Shown: piece after piece, positions 48,580 to 56,725 of the stretch
Numbering within the stretch: position 1 is the first letter of the stretch
How the letters are laid out: every line of letters starts with the position of its first letter
Source of the DNA: Acidimicrobiia bacterium
GTDB taxonomy: Bacteria; Actinomycetota; Acidimicrobiia; IMCC26256; JACDBD01
Direction of reading: 5' to 3'
Length of the DNA: 59,982 bases
NCBI GenBank assembly: GCA_035316005.1
Contig: DATFXK010000008.1
Coordinates: 1-59,982 of the forward strand
The notes under the pieces: generated by a model
Seen by the model: only the letters and a program-made list of their open reading frames with translations
What the model was told of the DNA's origin: nothing
The model's database searches: none
Translations under genes and position numbers: made by a program

Positions 48580-49296
48580 GTGGGCAGCCTGCGCGACGCC
48601 TGGGAGGCGCAAGCCGAGAACTGGGCGGCATGGGCGCGCACCCCAGGCCACGACGTCTACTTCTGGAGAGTGAACCTGCCTCCGTTCCTCGATCTCTTGC
48701 CCGCCGCTGGCCGATTGACCCTCGATCTCGGTTGTGGCGAAGGGCGGCTCGGTCGGATCCTTGAGGAGCGAGGTCATCGTGTCGTTTCCGTTGATTCATC
48801 ACAGACCCTCGTCCGTCTTGCCAGGACGCACGAACAATCGCAGCCGGTTGTTCTCTCGGACGTCGCCCACCTGCCAGTGCGGGATGCCGGCGCTGATCTC
48901 GCCATCGCGTTCATGTCTCTGCACGACGTCGACGATTTGGACGGCGCAGTTTTCGAAGCGGCCCGAGCGCTTGTACCAGGCGGACGGTTTTGCGTGTCGA
49001 TCGTGCACCCAATCAATGCGGCAGGGAAGTTCGTCGATAAGACGGCCAACAGCGTCTTCCTGATCGCTGGGTCGTACCTCGAGCAGTTCCGTTACTCGGA
49101 CGAGGTCGAGCGCGACGGCCTGCCCATGGTCTTTCACAGCTACCACCGGCCGCTTGGGATGTACGCCCGTGCGTTCGAGAAGGCCGGGTTCGTCATCGAT
49201 GCGCTCAGAGAGCCGGCCGACCCCGTTTCGGGTGTCGAGCACGCGCGTTGGCGTCGCCTTCCGTTGTTCCTCCATATCCGGGCGGTTCGGCAGTAG
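48580..49296 (+). CDS. class I SAM-dependent methyltransferase (atypical codon usage)
   Basis: LDLGCGEGRLG motif I. 238 aa. Third codon positions are visibly richer in T/A than in the flanking genes. Confidence 0.75.
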   Translation: MGSLRDAWEAQAENWAAWARTPGHDVYFWRVNLPPFLDLLPAAGRLTLDLGCGEGRLGRILEERGHRVVSVDSSQTLVRLARTHEQSQPVVLSDVAHLPVRDAGADLAIAFMSLHDVDDLDGAVFEAARALVPGGRFCVSIVHPINAAGKFVDKTANSVFLIAGSYLEQFRYSDEVERDGLPMVFHSYHRPLGMYARAFEKAGFVIDALREPADPVSGVEHARWRRLPLFLHIRAVRQ

Positions 49297-49352
49297 CCCT
49301 GAGAACCGGTACCGCTGTGACCGGGGAGTCGATCAAGGGCATCGTCGCCCGC

Positions 49353-49382
49353 TTGCGGATCGAACACACGTTCGCCTATGGT
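49353..49382 (+). promoter_or_regulatory. SOS promoter of imuA'-imuB: -35 TTGCGG, LexA box TCGAACacacGTTCGC, -10 TATGGT
   Basis: LexA box at 49360-49375 matches the actinobacterial TCGAAC-N4-GTTCGA consensus in 11 of 12 positions. It fills the 18-nt spacer between TTGCGG (49353-49358) and TATGGT (49377-49382). Confidence 0.75.
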
Positions 49383-49388
49383 CCGGCG

Positions 49389-50045
49389 GTGGCCCTGGCG
49401 GCGCTTCCCCGGCGGGACGAGCACTCCCGCGAGCACCTTGACAACGCAGCCCGGCACGCCCGGCCGGTGGTGCTGGCCGGCGAGCGCGTCCTCGCCGTCT
49501 CCGGCCCGCTGGGCGCCCGCCTTCCCGGGGGCGGCGTCCGGCGGGGGACGGTGGTGGCGGTCGACGGCGATCCCGGCGCCGGCGCCACCGGGATCGCGTT
49601 CCAGCTGGCGGCGGCGGCCACGGCGGCGGGTGAATGGGCCGCCGCGGTCGAGCTCGGCGCCGGCCTGGGTGGGCTGGCGGCGGGAGAGGCCGGGGTCGAG
49701 CTCGATCGGTTCGCCGTGGTTCGGCGGGTGCCCCCCGCCCGCTGGGCCGCGGTGGTCGCGGCGTTGCTCGACGGGATCAGCGTCGTGCTCGCCGAGGTGC
49801 CGGCGTACGCGCGGACCGGTGACGCGAGACGGCTGCTGGCCCGGGCGCGTGAGCGCGGCGCGGTGCTGGTGGCGATGGGGCCGTGGCCGGCCGAAGCCGC
49901 GCTTCGCCTGCAGGCCGCGGGCTCGGAGTGGCGCGGCCTGGGTGTCGGAGAGGGTGCGCTCGCCCACGGCGATCGGCGAGTGCACGTCGACGGTCGCGGC
50001 GTCGCGCCGCGCGAGCGGTTCGCGGCGCTGGCCCGAGCCGGGTGA
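49389..50045 (+). CDS. imuA': ImuA' (inactive RecA-fold mutasome subunit)
   Basis: Sits immediately upstream of imuB behind a LexA box. LAVSGPLGARLPGGGVRRGTVVAVDGDPGAGATGIAFQLAAAA is the RecA/SulA-like block. GTG 49389 lies 7 nt after the -10, so the mRNA may be leaderless. The track start at 49248 would place the promoter and SOS box inside the gene. Confidence 0.7.
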   Translation: MALAALPRRDEHSREHLDNAARHARPVVLAGERVLAVSGPLGARLPGGGVRRGTVVAVDGDPGAGATGIAFQLAAAATAAGEWAAAVELGAGLGGLAAGEAGVELDRFAVVRRVPPARWAAVVAALLDGISVVLAEVPAYARTGDARRLLARARERGAVLVAMGPWPAEAALRLQAAGSEWRGLGVGEGALAHGDRRVHVDGRGVAPRERFAALARAG

Positions 50046-50052
50046 ACGCGCG

Positions 50053-52062
50053 GTGCCGGTGCGTACGGCGTGCCTCTGGTGCCCCGACTGGCCGGTCGTC
50101 GCGTTGCGCGCACGGGATCCCGCGTTGCGGGACGCGCCGGTCGCGGTCGTGGAGCGCACCGAGCGCGGGCTCGTCGTGGTCGCGACGTCGAGCGAAGCGG
50201 CTGCCGAAGGCGTGACGCTCGGCCTGCGTCGACGCGAGGCGGAGGCGCGTTGCCCAGGCCTGGCCGTAGTCGAGGCGGACCAGCAGGTCGAGGCGCGCGC
50301 GTTCGAGAGGGTCGCGCGCGCGATCGAGACGTTCACGCCCCGCTTCGTGCTCGAGGAGCCGGGTCGCGTGACCTTCCCGACGCGCGGGCCATCGCGATAC
50401 TTCGGCGGCGACACCGCCATGGCCGTCCACTGCCTCGACGCCGTGGGCGCCGTCGGTGTCACCGACGGCCGCGTCGGCGTCGCCGACGGCGGGTTCGCGG
50501 CCACGCTCGCGGCGCGGACCGCCGAGCCCGGCGCGGCGTACGTGGTGCCGGCGGAGGAGTCACCCGGGTTCCTCGCGCCGTGGCCCGTCGCGGTGCTCGA
50601 CGACCCCGAGCATCCCGACGACGCGCTCGGCGACCTGCTCGTCCGGCTCGGTCTGCGCACGTTGGGCGCGTTCGCGGCCCTGCCCGAGGGCGCCGTGCTC
50701 GGTCGCTTCGGGTCGGCAGGAGCGCGCGCCCACCGGCTCGCCCGCGGCATGGACGAGCCCACCGCGCCCCCCGCGCCGCCGCCCCCGGAGCTCGTCGAGA
50801 CCGCCGAGCTCGACCCGCCCGCCGTCCACGTCGAAACCGCCGCCTTCGCGGCCAAGGGCCTGGCGGAGCGGCTCCTGGCGCGACTCGGGGGATTCGGCCT
50901 CACGTGCTCCCGCGTGACGATCGAGGCGGAGACCGAGCGGGGCGAGCGGCTGACGCGCTGCTGGCGTCACGAGGGCGCGCTGACCCCGGCGGCACTGGCG
51001 GCGCGTGTCCGCTGGCAGCTCGAGGGCTGGCTCACAGGTGACGACACCACGGGCGGCGACGGCTCGGTCGACGAGGGCTCCGTCGGCGAGCTCGCGACGA
51101 GTGGACTGATGCTCCTGCGGCTCGTGCCGGACGAGGTGCTGCCCGCCACCGGTCGTCAGCTCGGGTTCTGGGGCGGCGACGCGGTGGCGGCCGATCGCGC
51201 CGGGCGCGTGCTCGCCCGGGTCCAGGGGATGCTCGGGCATCCCGCCGTGGTCACGGCCGTGCCCCAGGGCGGCCGCACGCCGCGTGAGCGGGTGCGGTGG
51301 GTGCCGTGGGGCGACCCGCGCGATCCCGCCCGGCCCCTCGGCGCGGTCGCGGCTCCGGGCGCCAACGCCCGCGAGGTCCCGCCGTGGCCGGGGGCGATCC
51401 CGGCTCCGGCACCGGCGCGGGTGTTCGATCCGCCGTCGGCGGCCGAGCTGCTCGACGCCGCCGGCGAGGCTGTCACCGTGTCGGGCCGGGGCGACCCGTC
51501 GGCGCCGCCGGCGCGGGTGCGGTGCGCGGCGCTGCCCGGGAGCGGGGGCGAGGTCGCGGCGTGGGCGGGTCCCTGGGCGCACGACGCTCGCTGGTGGGAC
51601 CGGCGGGCGCGGACGCGCCGGGCGTACTGGCAGGTGCTGGTGGCCGTGCCCGACGGCGGGCGCGTCGCCTGTCTCGTCGCGGTGACAGCAGGGCGCGCCG
51701 AGCTCGAGGCGATCTACGACTGCCTCGACGCGCTCAAATCGGGCGCACGAGCTCGACCGTGTGCCCGGCCGGGTCGCGCAGCGCCGCGACCCGCCATCCC
51801 CAGGGCTTGTCCTCGGGTGGCTCGTCGAACGGCACCCCCGCGGCACGAAGGCGCTCGTACTCGGCGTCGACGTCGTCCACCTCGAAGTGGAGCTGCACGT
51901 GCTCGGCGTGCCCGATCGGTCGGCCGGAATGGAAGGCCACGCACGGGCGCCCGGCGTGGTCGGCGAGCTGGACGAACCGCGGCGTCTCCGACGACACCGT
52001 CAGGCCGAGGGTGCCCGTATACCAGTCCCGCAGCGGCGCAGGGTCCTCGACGAACACCGTGA
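50053..52062 (+). CDS. imuB: ImuB (Y-family polymerase-like mutasome subunit); conserved part ends at about 51720, and the ORF continues 114 codons antisense to the next gene
   Basis: CLWCPDWPVVA N-terminus and FGGD.. blocks, with a C-terminal ..RAYWQVLVA...AELEAIYD. No stop occurs until 52062. GC3 collapses after codon TGC 51721-51723. Confidence 0.75.
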   Translation: MPVRTACLWCPDWPVVALRARDPALRDAPVAVVERTERGLVVVATSSEAAAEGVTLGLRRREAEARCPGLAVVEADQQVEARAFERVARAIETFTPRFVLEEPGRVTFPTRGPSRYFGGDTAMAVHCLDAVGAVGVTDGRVGVADGGFAATLAARTAEPGAAYVVPAEESPGFLAPWPVAVLDDPEHPDDALGDLLVRLGLRTLGAFAALPEGAVLGRFGSAGARAHRLARGMDEPTAPPAPPPPELVETAELDPPAVHVETAAFAAKGLAERLLARLGGFGLTCSRVTIEAETERGERLTRCWRHEGALTPAALAARVRWQLEGWLTGDDTTGGDGSVDEGSVGELATSGLMLLRLVPDEVLPATGRQLGFWGGDAVAADRAGRVLARVQGMLGHPAVVTAVPQGGRTPRERVRWVPWGDPRDPARPLGAVAAPGANAREVPPWPGAIPAPAPARVFDPPSAAELLDAAGEAVTVSGRGDPSAPPARVRCAALPGSGGEVAAWAGPWAHDARWWDRRARTRRAYWQVLVAVPDGGRVACLVAVTAGRAELEAIYDCLDALKSGARARPCARPGRAAPRPAIPRACPRVARRTAPPRHEGARTRRRRRPPRSGAARARRARSVGRNGRPRTGARRGRRAGRTAASPTTPSGRGCPYTSPAAAQGPRRTP

Positions 52063-52078
52063 CGAGAGAGAACCGCAC
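51734..52078 (-). CDS. VOC (glyoxalase/bleomycin-resistance) family protein
   Basis: VQLHFEVDDVDAEYERLRAAGVPFDEPPEDKPWGWRVAALRDPAGHTVELV is a textbook VOC C-terminal module. Start uncertain: GTG 52078 chosen, track start 52198. Confidence 0.75.
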   Translation of the reverse strand: MRFSLVTVFVEDPAPLRDWYTGTLGLTVSSETPRFVQLADHAGRPCVAFHSGRPIGHAEHVQLHFEVDDVDAEYERLRAAGVPFDEPPEDKPWGWRVAALRDPAGHTVELVRPI

Positions 52079-52116
52079 GTCGGTGATGCTAAGCGGTCGG
52101 CGCTCGCGGTGCCGGG

Positions 52117-52539
52117 CTAGCGCACCTCGGCGATCTCGTACGTGAGCGTCACGCCGTCGAGCCTTCCCTTGCCGACGGCCTGGACCCGGTTCAGCCACGC
52201 GTACCGGTCGTCACCCGTCTCGAACAGCGGCGCGGCGTAGACCGGCGACGCGCCCGGTCCCCTCGACAGGTCGGTGCGCCCCGAGTACGTGACGAGCACG
52301 AGCGCGCCGTCGTGCGTCTCGAACGTCATACGGACGTCGAGCGTGCACGTCATGTCGGGCCCGATCGTGGCCCAGTCGGCGCCGGCCGCCCCCTTCATCG
52401 AGCCCGACAGCCGCTCGCCTTCCAGCTTCGCCGCCTCCACCTCGATGATCGTCCGCATACCGCTCGGTGTGTTCGGCAGGACCATCGGGTCCTTCAACGT
52501 GATCGTCGCCGTGCACAGAGGGACGAGCTCGATGGCCAT
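52117..52539 (-). CDS. DUF3237 family protein
   Basis: MAIELVPLCTATITLKDPMVLPNTPSGMRTIIEV..A...GERLSG...GAGADW. 140 aa. Matches my recollection of the DUF3237 beta-barrel family. Confidence 0.6.
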   Translation of the reverse strand: MAIELVPLCTATITLKDPMVLPNTPSGMRTIIEVEAAKLEGERLSGSMKGAAGADWATIGPDMTCTLDVRMTFETHDGALVLVTYSGRTDLSRGPGASPVYAAPLFETGDDRYAWLNRVQAVGKGRLDGVTLTYEIAEVR

Positions 52540-52543
52540 GCGG

Positions 52544-52954
52544 TCAGTCTGCCCGACGTACGTCGAGCGCGACCAAGAGCGACTCGCGCCGCCAACGTTC
52601 GAGGCTCCCGCTGTAGCGCGGCTGGTACTTCTCGAAGACGAGGTCGCGCCCTCGTTCCGATTCGCCACCCGCCCCGACGACGCGCGCCGTCGCGTCGTAC
52701 GTGGTGTCGCGCACTCGTACCGTGACCGAGGGCTCGGCGCGGAGGTTCCGCACCCAGTCGGACCGCTCATTGCCGCCGGACAGGAGGTACAGCGTGCGGC
52801 TGTCGAGCGCGAACCAGATCTCGATCTCGTGCGGCCGGCCGGAGACGCGCCCAAGTGTCGTCAGGTAGCAGAAGTCGTCGCCGGCGGCCGCGGCCAGCTC
52901 GTCCATCAGGCGGCCAGTCTCGCACCGGGCCCGACGCGCGAAGCTGTTTGTCAT
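52544..52954 (-). CDS. deazaflavin (F420H2)-dependent nitroreductase/quinone reductase (Ddn) family protein
   Basis: 136 aa. LTT.GR.SG.PH.IEIWF......LYLLSGGNERSDWVRNL.A.P.V.V resembles the Ddn-family split beta-barrel. Confidence 0.65.
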   Translation of the reverse strand: MTNSFARRARCETGRLMDELAAAAGDDFCYLTTLGRVSGRPHEIEIWFALDSRTLYLLSGGNERSDWVRNLRAEPSVTVRVRDTTYDATARVVGAGGESERGRDLVFEKYQPRYSGSLERWRRESLLVALDVRRAD

Positions 52955-53402
52955 GGCGACGATCGAGTACGTCCGCGAGCTCGTCGGGCGTGATCACGGC
53001 CTCGCCGTGGCGGTGACCCAACGGGCCGACGGATCGCCGCAGACCTCGATCACCAACGCCGGCGTGCTCGCGCATCCGGTGCGCGGCGACGCGGTCGTCG
53101 GGCTCGTCGTGGCGGGCGGCACCCGCAAGCACGCCAACCTGCGCCGCCGGCCGCGGGCGACGGTGGTGTTCCGGGCCGGCTGGGAGTGGGTCGCCGTCGA
53201 GGGCCCAGTCGACCTGGCCGGGCCTGACGATCCGCTCGAGGGGCTCGATGCCGGTCGCGTCCCACAGGTGCTGCGCGACGTGTTCAGCGCCGCCGGCGGC
53301 ACGCACGACGACTGGGACGAGTACGACCGCGTGATGGCTGCCGAACGGCGCGTGGCGGTGCTCGTGGAGCCGGAGCGCGTGTACTCGAACCCCGGGACCT
53401 GA
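52953..53402 (+). CDS. PPOX-class (probable F420-dependent) split-barrel oxidoreductase
   Basis: 149 aa. HGLAVAVTQRADGSPQTS..NAGV......VVGLVVAGGTRKHANLRRRPRATVVF is the pyridoxamine-5'-phosphate-oxidase-like fold pattern. Confidence 0.6.
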   Translation: MATIEYVRELVGRDHGLAVAVTQRADGSPQTSITNAGVLAHPVRGDAVVGLVVAGGTRKHANLRRRPRATVVFRAGWEWVAVEGPVDLAGPDDPLEGLDAGRVPQVLRDVFSAAGGTHDDWDEYDRVMAAERRVAVLVEPERVYSNPGT

Positions 53403-53417
53403 CCCCCCGCGGGGCTC

Positions 53418-53447
53418 TTGCCAGATCGAACATACGTTCGGTAGGGT
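53418..53447 (+). promoter_or_regulatory. SOS promoter of dnaE2: -35 TTGCCA, LexA box TCGAACatacGTTCGG, -10 TAGGGT
   Basis: LexA box at 53426-53441 sits within the 18-nt spacer between TTGCCA (53418-53423) and TAGGGT (53442-53447). dnaE2 GTG is at 53477 after GGAGTAGGGG. Confidence 0.75.
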
Positions 53448-53476
53448 GGCCGGCCCCGACGGAGTAGGGGCCGCCA

Positions 53477-56400
53477 GTGACCGGTGGCTACGCGGAGCTG
53501 CACTGCCACACGAACTTCTCGTTCCTCGACGGCGCCAGCCACCCCGAGGAGCTGGCCGACGAGGCTGCCCGCCTGGGCCTCGCTGCCCTCGCCGTCACCG
53601 ACCACGACGGCCTCTACGGCGTGGTGCGCTTCGCCCTCGCCGCCCGCGCCCACGGGCTCCCGACCGTCTTCGGCGCCGAGCTGACCCTCGACGCGCCCCG
53701 CACGCCGCCGAACGGCTACGCCGACCCGCCCGGTGAGCACCTCGTCGTGCTCGCCGAAGGCCCCGTCGGCTACGCCCGCCTGGCGAGCGCGGTGAGCGCG
53801 GCCCAGCTGGCGGGGGAGAAGGGCGCGCCCCGCCTCGCCCTGGATGCGCTCGCCGACGCTGCCCGGGCGCCCGTCCATCTCGGTGGCGCGTCGCGGCCGG
53901 CGGCCAACGACGCCTGGTTCGTGCTCACCGGGTGCCGCAAGGGCGCGGTCACGCGCGTGCTCCTCGACGACGGGCCGGCGGCGGCGCGACGCGCGCTCGA
54001 CCGGCTCGTCGCCGCCTTCGGGCGCGACCGCGTGCTCGTCGAGCTGTGGGACCACGGCGATCCGCTCGACCGTCACCGCAACGACGCGCTCGTCGAGGTG
54101 GCGGCGACGGCATCCGTCGACGTGATCGCCACCAACAACGTGCACTACGCCACACCCGGCCGGCGGCCGCTGGCGACCGCGCTCGCCGCCGTCCGCGCCC
54201 GCCGTTCGCTCGACGAGATCGACGGCTGGCTGCCGGCGGCGCCGTTCGCGCACCTGCGCAGCCCGGCCGAGCAGCGGCGCCGGTTCGCCCGCTGGCCGGG
54301 CGCGGTCGAGCGCACGCGCGAGGTCGCGGCGACCTGCGCGTTCGACCTCAGCCTCGCCGCGCCCGAACTGCCCGACCACGACGTGCCGGCCGGTCACACC
54401 GAGATGACCTGGCTGCGCGAGCTCACCGCCCGCGGCGCCGCCGTCCGCTACCCACCGAGCCACGAGCAGCACGAGCAGGCGATGCGCCAGATCGCCTACG
54501 AGCTCGACGTGATCGAGGAGCTCGGCTTCCCCGGCTACTTCCTCCTGCTCGTCGACATCGTCGAGTTCTGCCACCGCAACGACATCTACTGCCAGGGTCG
54601 CGGCAGCGCCGCCAACAGCGCCGTCTGCTACGCGCTCGGCGTCACCAAGGCCGACGCCGTCCAGCTCGGCCTGCTGTTCGAGCGCTTCCTCTCGCCCGAG
54701 CGCGACGGCCCGCCCGACATCGACCTCGACATCGAGCACCAGCGGCGTGAGGAGGCGATCCAGTACGTCTACGACAAATACGGGCGCGACCGCGCCGCCC
54801 AGGTCGCCAACGTGATCACGTACCGGCCCAAGAGCGCGCTGCGCGAGATGGCGAAGGCGGCCGGTCTGTCACCCGGTCACGCCGACGGGCTCACGAAGTG
54901 GATCGACCGGTGGGGGAGGGACGTCGGCGCGTTCGAGAACGTGAAGACGGAAGGCCCGCCGGTCCCCGCCCTCGTCCTCGACCTCGCCGGCCAGGTGCTC
55001 GACTTCCCCCGCCACCTCGGCATCCACTCCGGCGGGATGGTCATGGCCGACCGGCCGCTGGTCGAGTTCTGCCCCATCGAGTGGGCCCGCATGGAGGACC
55101 GCTCCGTGCTCCAGTGGGACAAGGACGACTGCGCCGCCGCCGGGCTGGTGAAGTTCGACCTCCTCGGCCTGGGGATGCTCACGATGCTGCACCTGGCCGT
55201 CGACCTCGTGCGCGAGCACGAGGGCACCGAGATCGACCTCGCCACGATCCCGCAGGAGCCGGAGGTCTACGACCTGCTGTGCGCGGCCGACACCGTGGGC
55301 GTGTTCCAGGTCGAGAGCCGGGCACAGATGGCCACGCTGCCTCGCCTGCGGCCGCGCACGTTCTACGACCTCGTCATCGAGGTCGCGCTCATCCGTCCCG
55401 GCCCGATCCAGGGCGGCTCGGTGCACCCGTACCTGCGGCGCCGCAACGGCCAGGAGCCCGTCACCTACCCGCACCCCATGCTCGAGGAGTGCCTGAAGAA
55501 GACCCTCGGCGTCCCGCTGTTCCAGGAGCAACTGATGCAGATGGCCATCGACATCGCCGGCTTCTCGCCGGGCGAGTCCGACCAGCTGCGCCAGGCGATG
55601 GGCTCGAAGCGCTCGCACGCCCGCATGGCCGTCATGCGCGAGCGGCTGCTCGCCGGCATGGCCGAGCGCGGCATCACGGGCGCGACCGCCGAGGAGATCG
55701 CGACCAAGTTCGAGGCGTTCGCCGACTTCGGGTTCCCCGAGAGCCACTCGGTGAGCTTCGCCTACCTCGTGTACTCGAGCTCGTGGATCAAGCTGCACTA
55801 CCCGGCCGAGTTCGCGTGCGCCCTGCTCAACGCGCAGCCCATGGGCTTCTACTCGCCCCACTCGATCGTGCGCGACGCGATGCACCACGGGGTGGAGGTG
55901 ATCGGTCCCGACGTGAACGCGTCGCGCAAGGACTGCACGCTCGAGCCCCGTACGAGCGAGGCCGGTCCCGTCGGTCACCCCCGCCGGGGCTGGCACGCCG
56001 ACCTGTCCACGCGCGCCGTGCGCATGGGCTTGCGCTACGTCCGCGGCCTCGCCGACGCACTGCTCGACCGCATCGACGCCGAACGCGAACGCGCGCCGTT
56101 CACGTCGCTGCCCGACTTCACCCGTCGCACCGGCGCGCCCACCGACGCCATCGAGGCGCTCGCCACCGCGGGCGCGTTCGGGATGCTGGGCGAGACCCGC
56201 CGCAGCGCGCTGTGGGCCGCCGGCGCCCTGCGCGACGCCCGGGCCGACAAGCTGCCCGGGCTCGTCACCGGCGTCGACGCGCCGCCGCTGCCGGGCATGA
56301 CCGACATCGAGGAGACGGCGGCCGACCTGTGGGCGACGGGCCTGACGGCAGGCAGGCATCCGACCGAGTTCGTGCGCGAGCGCCTGGCGAGCCGGGGCGT

Positions 56401-56716
56401 CGTCACCGTCGAGGCGCTGCGGGAGTTCCCGCATCGCAGCGTCGTCGAGGTGGCGGGGATCGTCACCCACCGCCAGCAACCCGACACCGCCAAGGGCGTC
56501 GTGTTCGTCAACCTCGAGGACGAGACCGGGCTGTTGAACGTGATCTGCACCGCCCAGGTGTGGCGCCGGTACCGGAAGATCGCCCGGATGTCACCGGCGC
56601 TGATCGTGCGGGGGATGCTCGAGCGCTACCAGGGCGTGATCAACGTCGTCGCCGCCCGCATCGAGGAGCTCCCGCTCACCGCCGGCGACCTCGTCCGCTC
56701 CCGCGACTTCCACTGA
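53477..56716 (+). CDS. dnaE2: error-prone DNA polymerase III alpha subunit DnaE2
   Basis: 1079 aa. YAELHCHTNFSFLDGAS PHP domain and the Pol IIIalpha core. LexA box upstream and imuA'B nearby. Confidence 0.9.
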   Translation: MTGGYAELHCHTNFSFLDGASHPEELADEAARLGLAALAVTDHDGLYGVVRFALAARAHGLPTVFGAELTLDAPRTPPNGYADPPGEHLVVLAEGPVGYARLASAVSAAQLAGEKGAPRLALDALADAARAPVHLGGASRPAANDAWFVLTGCRKGAVTRVLLDDGPAAARRALDRLVAAFGRDRVLVELWDHGDPLDRHRNDALVEVAATASVDVIATNNVHYATPGRRPLATALAAVRARRSLDEIDGWLPAAPFAHLRSPAEQRRRFARWPGAVERTREVAATCAFDLSLAAPELPDHDVPAGHTEMTWLRELTARGAAVRYPPSHEQHEQAMRQIAYELDVIEELGFPGYFLLLVDIVEFCHRNDIYCQGRGSAANSAVCYALGVTKADAVQLGLLFERFLSPERDGPPDIDLDIEHQRREEAIQYVYDKYGRDRAAQVANVITYRPKSALREMAKAAGLSPGHADGLTKWIDRWGRDVGAFENVKTEGPPVPALVLDLAGQVLDFPRHLGIHSGGMVMADRPLVEFCPIEWARMEDRSVLQWDKDDCAAAGLVKFDLLGLGMLTMLHLAVDLVREHEGTEIDLATIPQEPEVYDLLCAADTVGVFQVESRAQMATLPRLRPRTFYDLVIEVALIRPGPIQGGSVHPYLRRRNGQEPVTYPHPMLEECLKKTLGVPLFQEQLMQMAIDIAGFSPGESDQLRQAMGSKRSHARMAVMRERLLAGMAERGITGATAEEIATKFEAFADFGFPESHSVSFAYLVYSSSWIKLHYPAEFACALLNAQPMGFYSPHSIVRDAMHHGVEVIGPDVNASRKDCTLEPRTSEAGPVGHPRRGWHADLSTRAVRMGLRYVRGLADALLDRIDAERERAPFTSLPDFTRRTGAPTDAIEALATAGAFGMLGETRRSALWAAGALRDARADKLPGLVTGVDAPPLPGMTDIEETAADLWATGLTAGRHPTEFVRERLASRGVVTVEALREFPHRSVVEVAGIVTHRQQPDTAKGVVFVNLEDETGLLNVICTAQVWRRYRKIARMSPALIVRGMLERYQGVINVVAARIEELPLTAGDLVRSRDFH

Positions 56717-56725
56717 ACGTGCACG

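Noticed and set aside
49248-49388. Longer imuA' start (ORF-track 49248 or GTG 49317) overlapping the methyltransferase gene.
   Set aside because: These starts would bury the LexA box and the -35/-10 hexamers inside the coding region. The in-frame GTG at 49389 just after the -10 is more parsimonious.
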